Virus record (IMG/VR): IMGVR_UViG_3300044695_005296
Span: 1 to 58,493 of that record
From: a virus
Lineage: Duplodnaviria > Caudoviricetes
Reading direction: 5' to 3' (one strand)
DNA: 58,493 bases
The position numbers were made by a program, and so were the translations under genes. Of this stretch, positions 17,432 through 28,300 are shown piece by piece (position 1 is the first letter of the stretch; every line of letters begins with the position of its first letter). The notes under the pieces are model-generated. The model was given only the letters and a program-made list of their open reading frames with translations, made no database searches and was not told the DNA's origin.

Positions 17432-20400
17432 TTAAAGTACTTCCTTGCCACCAACGGTGACGGCATCATCGGCCATTGGGTACTGTACCCAATCGGAGTA
17501 ATTATACACTGGTGTTGTGGCTGTGCCAAATTGCGCTATTGCGCGAATGCGGAACTGATAATCTTGGTCAATGTTGAGGTCGCCAGCGCCATCATCTCCG
17601 TCCACTGCTAGTGCGGCAGCGTTCCATGAGGCCCTTGTTGTAGTCCCCTTGCCTGTCTTAAGCGTCGTTTTCGTATCTGTTAGCCAGGGACCATAGGCAC
17701 CCTTCAGTGCTGTTTTATAAGCAACGTTAAGATCTGGCGCGGATTTTCCAAGGATAAAGCCAGCGGGGGTGCTCTTGAATTGCTCTTCAGTTGCCTCGTT
17801 AGTGTCTTCTGGCGTCATAACGTAGTACTTAAACCCGTTTTGTATTTTATCTTGAATTCTAAACGTTCCGTTAAGAGTTAAACCAGAAGGAACAGTTTTA
17901 TTGCCTAAATTCTCCGGTGCTCCTGAAATTGTTACAGGAGATCCAATTACCATGCCTGTGTATTTACCATAAACAGTAACAAGTGTTTGCGGGTTACCCC
18001 CGGAAGCAGCGAAGGCTATTAATTTTTCTCCATCTTTAATACTAGATCCCTTTTTACTAACCTGTGCCAACTTGCGCTTACGTGTGCGCACTTGGATTTC
18101 AAACCCACCAGTCTCTACCCCCCTAGTTGTTGCGTCGCCAAAAGGATACGACCAACTCAAATCAAAAATAGTCTCAATAGTGTTTGCAAAACCGTCTGGG
18201 TCCGTTGCCTCTACGATAAACCTTTGCGGGGCCGGTGGTTTTTCTGTCGCTGGCGAAGCAGAAGCAAGATCCACGGCAATAACGCGGCGCCCGATTAGCA
18301 CCAGAGCATTCTTTTGATAGTCTGGCTCCTGCTGAAGGGTGACCGTGTGGTACATCTCTGGGCCAATAAGTTTGGTGCTCTGGCTCTTGACAATCATTGG
18401 CTCCCAGATATCTACCTCAGACCACAGGTACGGGATTACAGAGCCAGGCGTAAGTAGCCCCGGCAGTCCGTTATTAGGGTGCTCAAATTGATAGCTACCC
18501 GATGCTTGGCCGCTCTCGCTAAAGAACGCCTCAGCTTTTCCAGAGACTTCTTTCAAAGTCCTAGCGGATTCCTCTGCCTTGCTTCCCTCTACAATCTTGC
18601 CGTGTGAATTCCAAACACCCTGAACATGGTCAAAGGTGTACTCCATTAGTTCTTGGTTTGAGGAAATAGCGGTAGTAGTTATTCCGTTTTCGTCAGAATC
18701 TGGAATAGTGGTGTAGAGGTACAGCCTGTTTGCCGAAGCTCCTGCGCTGCGGATATTGTCGGGGGACTCAAATGGATAGGTTGCCATCGGCATGTCGGAA
18801 CTTGTTTCCCCGCTGTTTAGCAGCAAAACGTCGTTGCTGTAATTCCCCTCGTCCGCAAAGCCAAATTCGCCAGTAAGTTTTACTGCGCGGATATCGGTCC
18901 AGTAGTGAGTCTCTGATGCTCCGCCTGCAAGCGCAAGAAGACCAACCGTAAATTTAGAGCTCCCGACTGGGATTTTTACAATCTTCCACATCTTGCGCCA
19001 TTCGTCGTTGTTGGCCCAGCCGCTGTACAGGTCCACGTAGCTGTTTGCATAGCCAGAACCAACCGTGTTTGTGGCAGCGGAGTAAAAGTGAACGCGCACT
19101 GCCATGCGGCTAGTGTCCGAAGACTTTACATACGCAGAAACAAAGAACAGGTCACCAGCAGCTAGTGTCTCCTCTGATGGCCCAATATTAATAAAATCTG
19201 AGTAGACTGATGTTGCGGAGGTTCCAGATGACTTCATAGCGTAGCCATATCCCCACGGGCCTGCAGTCCGGTCAAATTCGCCAGCGGTATCCTTTGCAAG
19301 GGTGTGATTTTCGGTGGTGCCGTTCCAGCGCTTCACGCTCCCAGTGCCCCGATCATTCTCAAACATTGGGTTCTCTACCAGATTGGCGGTGCTAATCTTG
19401 CGGTATTCTAGCTCCTTGTTTTTGTTAACCCAGAATTGCGCTCCACTATTCTTTGAAATGAAGTCAAGAACCTGACGAAGTGTCCTGCCGCCAAACTGCG
19501 TGTCCTTTACCTGGGATGCTTCAGCCAGGCGCTGGTTTGGGACATTATTAATGTCTCTGTAGTCTGGCTCATAGTCTGGGTCAATCAGCGAAACGAGCCC
19601 GTACTTGTGAAGGAGCCAAGCGCGCAGCAGCTCGGATTCATTCTTTGGGCTTGAAGCAGGGAGGCGATCAAAGCCTATGATCTCGCCAATGTATCCGTCA
19701 AACGGCTCTTCGTATGTATTAAGAGACGCGATTCCCGCGCCAACAACAACAGTGCCAGGGCCATAGCCGACTGAGTCTAGGCTGTCGTGATCAATCTCAA
19801 TGCCCGTGGACTGATAGAGGACACCGCTTGTTGCCGTGCCGGTTTCGTCAAAGTTTTTGTAAGCGGTAATAGACGCAATTCTGGTTGACCTATTGACGTT
19901 CACGACAAATTGCAGAACGCACTCTTCTTCATCTTCAATAGTGATGTCGTCAATAGAATACTTTGTAAACGAACCAGCGCTTACGCACAGCTGAACAAAC
20001 GGGTGGTTAGATGAATTTATACCAAACGCCATGTATGTGGATTTATCCCCTCGCTGCAGTATCCTCATGTCGGACGTCGTGGTATTTGGCCTAATGACAA
20101 ATGTCCACCACTGGTGGTAGTCAAGGCTGTCGGTTCCGACGCTATAGTCCTTAAACGATGGGTAAAGCGTGTCAGTGCGCAACAGGTTGTACTTGCTTTT
20201 AACAAAGTTTAATGCCTTTCTTCCCCCGATAAACACATCTGGGTTTCTTGGCATAGTCGGAGCCGTTGCTCCAGGCACATAGGCTGCCCTTGTTAGGATG
20301 GTGCAGTCTGTCGGGGACCCAACTGTCAGGCTGCCGCTTTGGAACGTAAACGTATTGCTACCAGTAACGGTTAACTGCTTTGCCGTATCGTCAATTGCGC

Positions 20401-23400
20401 TTAGGTTGATTGGGCTGCCCGCACTAGGCGTAAATACAATGCCGGGCTGCCGGTCACCAAGGTTATGCGGCTCGTCGGTCTCAACAAGGTATGTTCCGTT
20501 AGTTGATGTAAAGGAGCCATTTCTCGCTTTGGCCAAATATTCATAGTAGTACATCTCCGCAAGGGCTCCGCTGCCGTCCTTAGGAATCTTCAAATCGTTT
20601 GCGTAGTTTTTGTCTGAGGTCCCATCGGTTGCCTTGACAGTAAATGGGGTTGTTAGCGTTGAGGCTCCCGTAGAGTCAATCCAGTTAGTGGTTTTTGTTG
20701 TGCTTGGTCTTTTCCCAGTAAAAGTTGCTTGTGGCTTTGTGGCAAAAGAATTTAGAAGCTCTGCCTTAAAAGTAATAGTTGCGGCGCTTGTAGCGGACAT
20801 TACGCCGTTTGCGGCAATTCCGCCAACTCCAAACGAAGTCTCAAAGGTAAATTTTCTGGCATTAATTCGGCCAATCCCAGAAAGGTTAATGTTATTGGCA
20901 AGAGAAACCCCTGCAACCCCGCCTATGCCCTTAAGGGTAAAACCAAGAGTCGGGAAATATAGCTCTGCACAGTCTTCCGAAAGCTCAACCTCAAAAGCGT
21001 CTTTTTGTGTCGTTGGATTTGTGCAGCGAATAGACTTAATCTTGTACGATCCGTCCCCCACGGAAACACCAAAGACATTGCCAGCATTGCCGACAATAGT
21101 GATTTTCTTTTTTGCGGTTGTTGGCGCAACGTTGTTAAAATTCCATTGGCCCGCCCTAGTCATTTCTCCAATTGAGGCAAAGTACACCTGATCGCCAGCA
21201 ATGCGGCCGTGCTTTTTTACTGTAGTGAAACGGAATACGCCGTTGAGGTAGCTCCAGTCATTTATCGAAGATTGACTTACCTTAGTTACGCTTCCTGTTT
21301 TCCTTTCAAAATCGGCTACTCTGTAAGGAATGGAGTCCCCTTTTTGAGTGTCTACGTATTCAATAATATCTGCGCTTACAACAGATCCAGCAGCAACGGT
21401 ATATGCGCCAATCTCTGCAGTCAACGGCTGATCCTGTAACCATTGAATGTAGGGCTTACCTTCTGTTTTTCCTCGCTGGTCGTTGTGCTCGTCGTTGCCA
21501 AGCACTGAACCAGCGTTAATAATTGTGCGGATACCAGCAAACTTGTTTTCATATCCAAGGTTTGTCGTGCTAAGGTCAAGGTATACAGATCGACCTGAGG
21601 AAAATGCGTCTTTAAGCTCTTCGGTTAGCGTATCTGCAAAATACAGCGTCACTATGCCGTTAGCCTGCCAGTATAGGGACATAGCATTATAATTGGAAGA
21701 AACGCCGTAGTGCTTGATTCCACCGATTCTCCTTGGAACACTTGTGTCGAAAAGTGATCCGCCAACGCCGCTTACTGTAATCGCCTCGTGCTCAACCATC
21801 CCCTCTCCAATTCTTGACACTACGATTCCCAGGGCGGATGAGGTATCAGCGCCAAAGTTGCCAAAAGTTTTATCAATAATCATGTCAAACGGAGTCCCTG
21901 CGGAGGTTAGTGTGCCTGTTGAATCTGCCCCCACGACAAAATCTTGACCGCTATTTACCGCAAGGATTGTTGCTACGCCGCCTTCTGCTTCTAATGCTTG
22001 AATGACGTTAAGCGGCACAATGTCAATTATGGAAGTTGGGTTGCGAACAAGGCCATGGCTATCAGTTGTTGAAAGCTGTAAAACATCACGCTTAAAGTTG
22101 GTGTCAAATGACCTTTGCAAACTTGATACCGTTGTTTGCTCTGGCACCTCTCCAAGTACCAGGGAGCCGGTTGCAACCCCAACGTCTGCGCCTGTTTCTA
22201 CAAGAACGTTACTTTTTGTTACGGAGGTGACCTTGGCATTTGTGCAGTAAACGTTGCCTGGGATGGAAACTCTATCGCCAGAAGAAAATGCGTGTGCCGC
22301 AGCGGTAAATGTGGTTACTCCGCCTACCGAATTTACCGCACTGTAAGACTGCGCGGTAAATGCGGCAACATAACCAGCGGCGGCCCGGTAGTTTGTCAGC
22401 GCTCCAAGTCCTGGATTAAAAGGCCTGGCAATAGTGAAGGTGTTAGTGGCTTTTGCCACAACCTTTTCCCTATGAATGACGGAGCCGGAGCCGCTGTTGG
22501 GGTAAATGTTTACATAGTCACCAAGGGAAAATGGGTGAGCGGTTGCTGTGACGGTTAGCCTTTTTGTCGTGGTGTCCCACGTTGGAGTTCCAGATACGGC
22601 TGCGCTCTCTGCGGTAAAGATGTTTGCACTGCCATATGAAGTGAGCGTAACCGTCTTTCCGCTCACGGCGCTGACTGAATAAAGCCCAGAGAATGGCGGA
22701 ATTAAGCCAAGGATTCTTACAACCTGGTTTGTTGTAAAGGAATCCGCCTCCACGTTAAGCGTTATTTTAATTTGATTTGCGGCAACAAGCTCATAAGCAA
22801 CAATGACTTCAGCAATAATTGCAGTTAGCTCTCCAATCCCGCTCTCTTTTCTTGCGTGGATAATGCGGTATCGGTTTGTGCGGGATTCAAGATATTTCTG
22901 ATCTTCCTCAAACGTTGTTACCCTGCTTGGCGTTTCCCGGCTTGGGAATACTTCCATTCCTGGGTCTTCTGATCCGACAATCAGGCTAATGCTGCTAAAA
23001 TCTTTGGTGTTATCTTCAAGCTTAGCGCTAACATCTTCAACAGAAAACGTGTTGTCAAAGCCCCCTTCAAACTGTTGGGTTTCGTTAATTTTAAAGTTAT
23101 TTAACCTGATTGTTTCGCCTGGTTTAATAGCATGATGCTTGCTAGTGTAAAACTTCAAGGTACCGGCTTGTGCGTTGTGCACCGGCACCATGACAATCTC
23201 TGCAGTTGCAGAGCCGCCCAGGGTAAATACTGCATCGGCACTATTAATTGTCGCGTGGATTACGGAAGAAGTAGTATTTTCGTTAATTTCAAATATTCTG
23301 TATGCTGGAATGTCTCCGGTTAGAACGTCGTCTACTTTTCTTAGGTAAAACTTATCTCCTTCTACAAAGTTATTTGCCACCGTGACCAGCAATTCTCCGC

Positions 23401-25369
23401 CAGAGATTGCAATGCTGGCCCGGAATGTACTTTGCAGCCGGTGTTGCTTTGGTGCTCCGTTATTAATGATGACTTTTGGAACATGCTTGATAACGCTAGT
23501 GTTGGTCGCCACAATAGGATCATAGGCATACGCATTAAGGTTTGGCGAAAACTCCGCAACGAAATCCGCAACTGTCGTAATGCGATCAATGGCGTTGCTG
23601 TCTTCGTAGGCTTGTGCTGGGTAGCCAGGAAGCCACTGTCGAAGGATTGGGTTGTAGCGAAGGGTTTCTATGTGGTCAACGTTGTCTAAGTAGTTAATTC
23701 CAAGACCGTCGTAGTCTTCGTTGTATGGGTCCGTAGATCGAATAGACTCAAAGATAGAGGTAGTGATTGCTTGAATTTCAAGAGGGTGTTCCTCATCGTA
23801 ATAGAGCAAGCGCGCCTCCGCCTCTCCGCCAGAGCTTTCATACGCAATTTTAAAATTGTTTGCGTCGGCAACGTCTGCAACTGTTGCTGAGTACCAAGTC
23901 CCATCGGCGGTTGTAACGGCAATAAAACTACCAGTCCACGGGGCGAGCTGATTGTAGGTCTCAGGAGATATTAATACGGTATCCCCGCCAGACAGACCAT
24001 GCGACGTGCCAGTCGTAAATGTGGCTATGGTTGTGCTCTCTTTTCTCGCAACCGGATCGTATCCAGAAGCAAGGAATGGGGAAACAATATTCGCGTTAGT
24101 AAACGGGGTGGAGGCGGTTGCGGATGGGGTCGCTACGCGGTGAACAAAGAAAAACTTGCGAGAGTTTTCAATAATGTCAACAATGTATTTTGTGTTGGAA
24201 AGTTTAGCAATGCCGTTCCATAGGCTTGTGTCCGTGTGCGATTGATTGTTTACCTTTAACGCCTGCCCGACTTGCAGCTGATGGTCTTCCGCGCTGTCAA
24301 CTACGACCTCATGATTCCACAGCTTGAACTGCTGGCCATCCGCAATCATGGCCCCAGCATTTGCGGAATCGCACACCTGGTAGTAAATACCAGAGGAGTT
24401 TGTACCCTCCCAAAGCCCAACAACTTGATACTCATAGCCGCTGCTGCTGTATTTAAATCTTTCGTTACGGCGGATTCCGTGAGTGGTTGTGGTTTCGGCT
24501 TTTTGCACTCCGTTGTCTGAATCATATGAGACCTGGGTAAACGTGTACGAGGGAACATCAGGCGTGCTAATAGAGATTCTATTGACGCCTATTCTTCCCG
24601 CCTCATACAGCTCGCCACCAACAATCATCTCCCAGCCGTAGGTGTCCTGAGGTACGCGGTAGCGATCAATAACGCGCTCGTCTAGCAGGGCGGTATAGTC
24701 CGCACACGTGAGCTGCTGCAAGATCACCCCGCCAGCGCGCTTCTCCTCTACGGACATCATGACGCCACCGAAGAGCAGCTCGCTTACTTGAACATAAAGT
24801 ATTGCGGTATTGGTACCAGAAGCAACAGCGGTCTGGGAAATGGTTCTGGACGTTGCTTCGAGGTAGCTAATTGTGGTGCTGGTAACGGCGGTAATCGTTC
24901 GTTGGCCGCCAAGCATTAAGGGGTCTGGCGAACGCGCGGTGTCCCCAGCCAGGGTAACCACCAACGAGTTGCCCACAGTAAGCGTGTGGGACTGATTGAG
25001 TGTGAGCGTTACCGTAGTGCCGCTTTGGCTGTAGTGCGTTACTGCGTAGTACTTAGATAGGTCGCCATACGACTGAGATATCTTTATCTCGCTGCGTAGC
25101 GGGATCTCAAACCTAAACGTTGGGTCTAGCAGCGCTTCGGCAATAGACTCAGCTTCAGTTGCAGCGTACTCGTTCCAGCGCTTGCCAGAAAAGGGAAATA
25201 GCGTATACAGGCCAATGTCCGCATTGGCAGTTGATCCGTCAGCACTTGATGTAAATTCAAAAGCGTCGGAGTCTACTCGACCCGTGACGTCGTAAAACGC
25301 CAACGGGTCGGTAGCACCTTCAAACCTGGGCTGTATTTCTACTTTCAGGTCTTTTGTTATATTCATCAA
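17432..25369 (-). CDS. Very large tail-tip/hub protein with repeated beta-barrel inserts, LamG-like and carbohydrate-binding-like domains
   Basis: Directly after the TMP; LFGG...LTCADY and TLRQVLDFIS..GAQFWV hub-like motifs; FDGYIGEII (LamG-like); NLVENPMFE (CBM-like). Confidence 0.75.
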   Translation of the reverse strand: MMNITKDLKVEIQPRFEGATDPLAFYDVTGRVDSDAFEFTSSADGSTANADIGLYTLFPFSGKRWNEYAATEAESIAEALLDPTFRFEIPLRSEIKISQSYGDLSKYYAVTHYSQSGTTVTLTLNQSHTLTVGNSLVVTLAGDTARSPDPLMLGGQRTITAVTSTTISYLEATSRTISQTAVASGTNTAILYVQVSELLFGGVMMSVEEKRAGGVILQQLTCADYTALLDERVIDRYRVPQDTYGWEMIVGGELYEAGRIGVNRISISTPDVPSYTFTQVSYDSDNGVQKAETTTTHGIRRNERFKYSSSGYEYQVVGLWEGTNSSGIYYQVCDSANAGAMIADGQQFKLWNHEVVVDSAEDHQLQVGQALKVNNQSHTDTSLWNGIAKLSNTKYIVDIIENSRKFFFVHRVATPSATASTPFTNANIVSPFLASGYDPVARKESTTIATFTTGTSHGLSGGDTVLISPETYNQLAPWTGSFIAVTTADGTWYSATVADVADANNFKIAYESSGGEAEARLLYYDEEHPLEIQAITTSIFESIRSTDPYNEDYDGLGINYLDNVDHIETLRYNPILRQWLPGYPAQAYEDSNAIDRITTVADFVAEFSPNLNAYAYDPIVATNTSVIKHVPKVIINNGAPKQHRLQSTFRASIAISGGELLVTVANNFVEGDKFYLRKVDDVLTGDIPAYRIFEINENTTSSVIHATINSADAVFTLGGSATAEIVMVPVHNAQAGTLKFYTSKHHAIKPGETIRLNNFKINETQQFEGGFDNTFSVEDVSAKLEDNTKDFSSISLIVGSEDPGMEVFPSRETPSRVTTFEEDQKYLESRTNRYRIIHARKESGIGELTAIIAEVIVAYELVAANQIKITLNVEADSFTTNQVVRILGLIPPFSGLYSVSAVSGKTVTLTSYGSANIFTAESAAVSGTPTWDTTTKRLTVTATAHPFSLGDYVNIYPNSGSGSVIHREKVVAKATNTFTIARPFNPGLGALTNYRAAAGYVAAFTAQSYSAVNSVGGVTTFTAAAHAFSSGDRVSIPGNVYCTNAKVTSVTKSNVLVETGADVGVATGSLVLGEVPEQTTVSSLQRSFDTNFKRDVLQLSTTDSHGLVRNPTSIIDIVPLNVIQALEAEGGVATILAVNSGQDFVVGADSTGTLTSAGTPFDMIIDKTFGNFGADTSSALGIVVSRIGEGMVEHEAITVSGVGGSLFDTSVPRRIGGIKHYGVSSNYNAMSLYWQANGIVTLYFADTLTEELKDAFSSGRSVYLDLSTTNLGYENKFAGIRTIINAGSVLGNDEHNDQRGKTEGKPYIQWLQDQPLTAEIGAYTVAAGSVVSADIIEYVDTQKGDSIPYRVADFERKTGSVTKVSQSSINDWSYLNGVFRFTTVKKHGRIAGDQVYFASIGEMTRAGQWNFNNVAPTTAKKKITIVGNAGNVFGVSVGDGSYKIKSIRCTNPTTQKDAFEVELSEDCAELYFPTLGFTLKGIGGVAGVSLANNINLSGIGRINARKFTFETSFGVGGIAANGVMSATSAATITFKAELLNSFATKPQATFTGKRPSTTKTTNWIDSTGASTLTTPFTVKATDGTSDKNYANDLKIPKDGSGALAEMYYYEYLAKARNGSFTSTNGTYLVETDEPHNLGDRQPGIVFTPSAGSPINLSAIDDTAKQLTVTGSNTFTFQSGSLTVGSPTDCTILTRAAYVPGATAPTMPRNPDVFIGGRKALNFVKSKYNLLRTDTLYPSFKDYSVGTDSLDYHQWWTFVIRPNTTTSDMRILQRGDKSTYMAFGINSSNHPFVQLCVSAGSFTKYSIDDITIEDEEECVLQFVVNVNRSTRIASITAYKNFDETGTATSGVLYQSTGIEIDHDSLDSVGYGPGTVVVGAGIASLNTYEEPFDGYIGEIIGFDRLPASSPKNESELLRAWLLHKYGLVSLIDPDYEPDYRDINNVPNQRLAEASQVKDTQFGGRTLRQVLDFISKNSGAQFWVNKNKELEYRKISTANLVENPMFENDRGTGSVKRWNGTTENHTLAKDTAGEFDRTAGPWGYGYAMKSSGTSATSVYSDFINIGPSEETLAAGDLFFVSAYVKSSDTSRMAVRVHFYSAATNTVGSGYANSYVDLYSGWANNDEWRKMWKIVKIPVGSSKFTVGLLALAGGASETHYWTDIRAVKLTGEFGFADEGNYSNDVLLLNSGETSSDMPMATYPFESPDNIRSAGASANRLYLYTTIPDSDENGITTTAISSNQELMEYTFDHVQGVWNSHGKIVEGSKAEESARTLKEVSGKAEAFFSESGQASGSYQFEHPNNGLPGLLTPGSVIPYLWSEVDIWEPMIVKSQSTKLIGPEMYHTVTLQQEPDYQKNALVLIGRRVIAVDLASASPATEKPPAPQRFIVEATDPDGFANTIETIFDLSWSYPFGDATTRGVETGGFEIQVRTRKRKLAQVSKKGSSIKDGEKLIAFAASGGNPQTLVTVYGKYTGMVIGSPVTISGAPENLGNKTVPSGLTLNGTFRIQDKIQNGFKYYVMTPEDTNEATEEQFKSTPAGFILGKSAPDLNVAYKTALKGAYGPWLTDTKTTLKTGKGTTTRASWNAAALAVDGDDGAGDLNIDQDYQFRIRAIAQFGTATTPVYNYSDWVQYPMADDAVTVGGKEVL

Positions 25370-28300
25370 CTTGGCCTCATGAAGCCTGCCGCACGGAGGG
25401 TGCGTACCTGTGCCGAACTTACCTTCTCGGCAAGTTTATCAATATCTGCGGCATCCGACACAACAGGGTTGTTAATGGTGACGGACGCATTGATTGTCGC
25501 GCCTCCGCCAGCCATTCGCAAGTCCCCTGGAGCCTGCAACGCTTGCAGGCCAGTATTTGGCAACATGTAGCCACTGCTGTCAGGGATCATAAGCTCTGGC
25601 CCACGCTCACCAACAAGGTACGGTGTGTACTGCTTGATTGGCCCACCGAAGGCTCGCGCAACTGGCTCCGTTGACTTTCCGCCAACCATCGTTGAGCCAG
25701 TGCCGCCCTTAACAGGATTCCAGTTTTTTGGCATGACCTTTGACCATTCCCTAAAACCAGTAAACCCTGGCAGCATTTCGGTATAGTTTTTAACCCACCT
25801 AGGTTCCATTCCCATAAGCGAGAACAGCTCTTCGCTTGACCTAAATTTGCCAATATTCTCTGGTCTCCACATAAATGGAGGAATAATCATTCTTTGGGCA
25901 GCGAGCATCTTGTCTTGTGCTTGCTCTTTTTCGGCAGCGGTTAAAAGCTCTGTGTCAAAAAACGCTCGGCCAAGATTAAACGGTATTCCATAATCTTGCT
26001 TATTTTGCTTAACCAGGTCTTCGTAAGAAGTTCCGCCTGGATCACCCTTACCAAAAATGCTTTCCCATCCCATTTGGCCAAGATAACCAATGAATGGCGC
26101 AACTTTTCCGACAACGTCGGCAATGCCACCAGGCAAATCCCAAAGCATGCCGCCCGTCTTGTTTCCAACGTGATACGCGCCCGTTGTTAGCGCAAGAGAA
26201 GCAAGCAGGGAACCACCCAGCGTTTCTGGGGCAACTGCTGCCAGTTTTACGGCCGTAATCGTTTCTGCCAACGCGCCAAATCCAACTCTAGCAATTGAAC
26301 GACCGAGAGGCTCTTTCAGCTTGTCAAGTTCTTCTTTAGTTGCTTCAGACAAAACAATTGGCGGACCAGGGTTGAAATCGCCAGAGGCAAGGCCCTCTGC
26401 AATTGTGTAATCCTTCAGGGTGTCATACTTTTTATTTGGATCAAAGCTATCAAAAATTCCCGTAATTGACTCAGTAAAATTAAGCGGGCCACTGCCCAAC
26501 TGTAGATTTTCGTTTAACGTGGCACGCGCTAGTTCAGATTCAAGAGTCCCGTTTCTTTCAAACTCTCTTTTCTTATTTACCCAATAAGCTTCACTCATTT
26601 CCTCAATTCGAATTTGCTCTAGGCGCTTTTCCCACCAATTTCCGTCTTTCTCTTGCGCCTCGTAAAGGTCTGTTGCCCACCCAAAAGAGCTAAGTCCAAT
26701 AGAACCCTTCTTCCAGAATGGGTACATTTTTCGTTCTGCTTTTCGCAGCAGGTTAGAGTGCTTAAAGAAATCTTCAAGTATGCCACGGCCTTTTCCGCCC
26801 ACGCCCTCTGGGTAGAATTTGGCGCCCCTGCTCTGCGGAGAAACGTTTGGATCTCCAACAGTTTTTACAATTCCGAGTTCGTTAGGTTGCAAATGCGGCA
26901 GCAACCTGCCTGGCTGCAGCAGCAAATCGGCAAAAGGAGTTCCCTTAATGAAAGGAAGCTTTGCAAGTTGGGCAAACCAGCCATACTTGTATTTCCAACC
27001 AGTTCCGCCCCTTACAACCGCACCAACTTCACCACCGTGATTTGGTCCTGGCTTTAGCTGCATTCTTACTGGTCCGCCAGCAGCTTGTGTTACCTCGTCG
27101 CCAAATTGTCCGCCTGGAACCTCGTCAAGAAGCCTGGTCTCTCCTCCTTCACCTGGCCCAAATGGCGCAAAGATTTGCGTTCTTGCACCAGGAATTGGAC
27201 GAGATTTTCCTGTTTTTGGATCAACCGTATACGGGAATTCAACGTTTGCCGCAATATCCCCAAGGCTGTCAAGCAGCATTGGGTAAAGCTTCCAGTTGAA
27301 AGGAATTGTGGCGGTATCTGGGTCAATTATCGGCGGCTCTGGTGGATCAATTACTGTTGTAACCTTTTCACAATAGTAGCCGCCCTCGCTCCAAACCTTA
27401 ATATACCCAGGTGGGCAATCCCACGTTGGCGGCTCTGGCGGAATTGGTGGCTCTGGGGTAATTGGATCGTCCATTGGGATAGGCCCACGGCCCCTACCAA
27501 CGTACCCGCCCGCTGCCCGACCCATGACTGGGCTCCAGCCCATTCGTCCGCCACCGCGAATCTTGCTTGCTACATAGCGAGCGTAATTCTTTGGATAGCG
27601 ACGCATCATTTCGTTCTTCTGCGCTTTTGTGTTATTTGGGTTAGCCATAAACTCGTTGAAAGAGTTTTGCTGGAAGCCCATAGGGTCGCCAACAAAGCCC
27701 AAGCTTCTCTGGAAGCTATCTGTTGGGCTCCAGAACGGATCGTCTTTCCCTACGGGTCCGACATATCCGCCGCCAGCTCGACCAGTTACACCAACCAGAC
27801 CGCCGTAGTATCGTCCCTGCTTGCCCGCCTTAAGCGCGCCAGAAGAGGACTGCATGCTACTTGGAAGCTGGTGGTTTGGCGTGACGTAGCCGCCACCATT
27901 TTGGAACATGGTGAGCATTTCTGGCCCACGCTCCCCAACAATGTATTGACCAGCGCCAACAGGTCCGCCGGCCGCCATTGGCTGCCAGTTCCATGCAGTG
28001 CCGCTCCATACCCAGTCACCGTTTGTTGCATACGGTGGCTTATATGTTGGCTTAGGCGGCTTTGTGACCGTTCCTGAGCCAGTAGATGGGGCAAAGCCTT
28101 CCCCGCCCGTTCTGGCAATCGTTGGAAGATCGCCAAACTTCTTATAAATCGCGTCAAATTGTGCGTACAAACCATCAAATATTTCGTTGAACTGTGAGCG
28201 CTGGATGAATTCATCATAGCCATCGAAAGGCATATTTTGTAGTTTTACCGCAAAATCTCCAAGGTTATCAATAACGCCCGCTGCTTCTTTCGCTGCTTGG

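Noticed and set aside
14116-25369. Diversity-generating retroelement acting on the fibres
   Set aside because: No reverse transcriptase and no template/variable repeat pair seen
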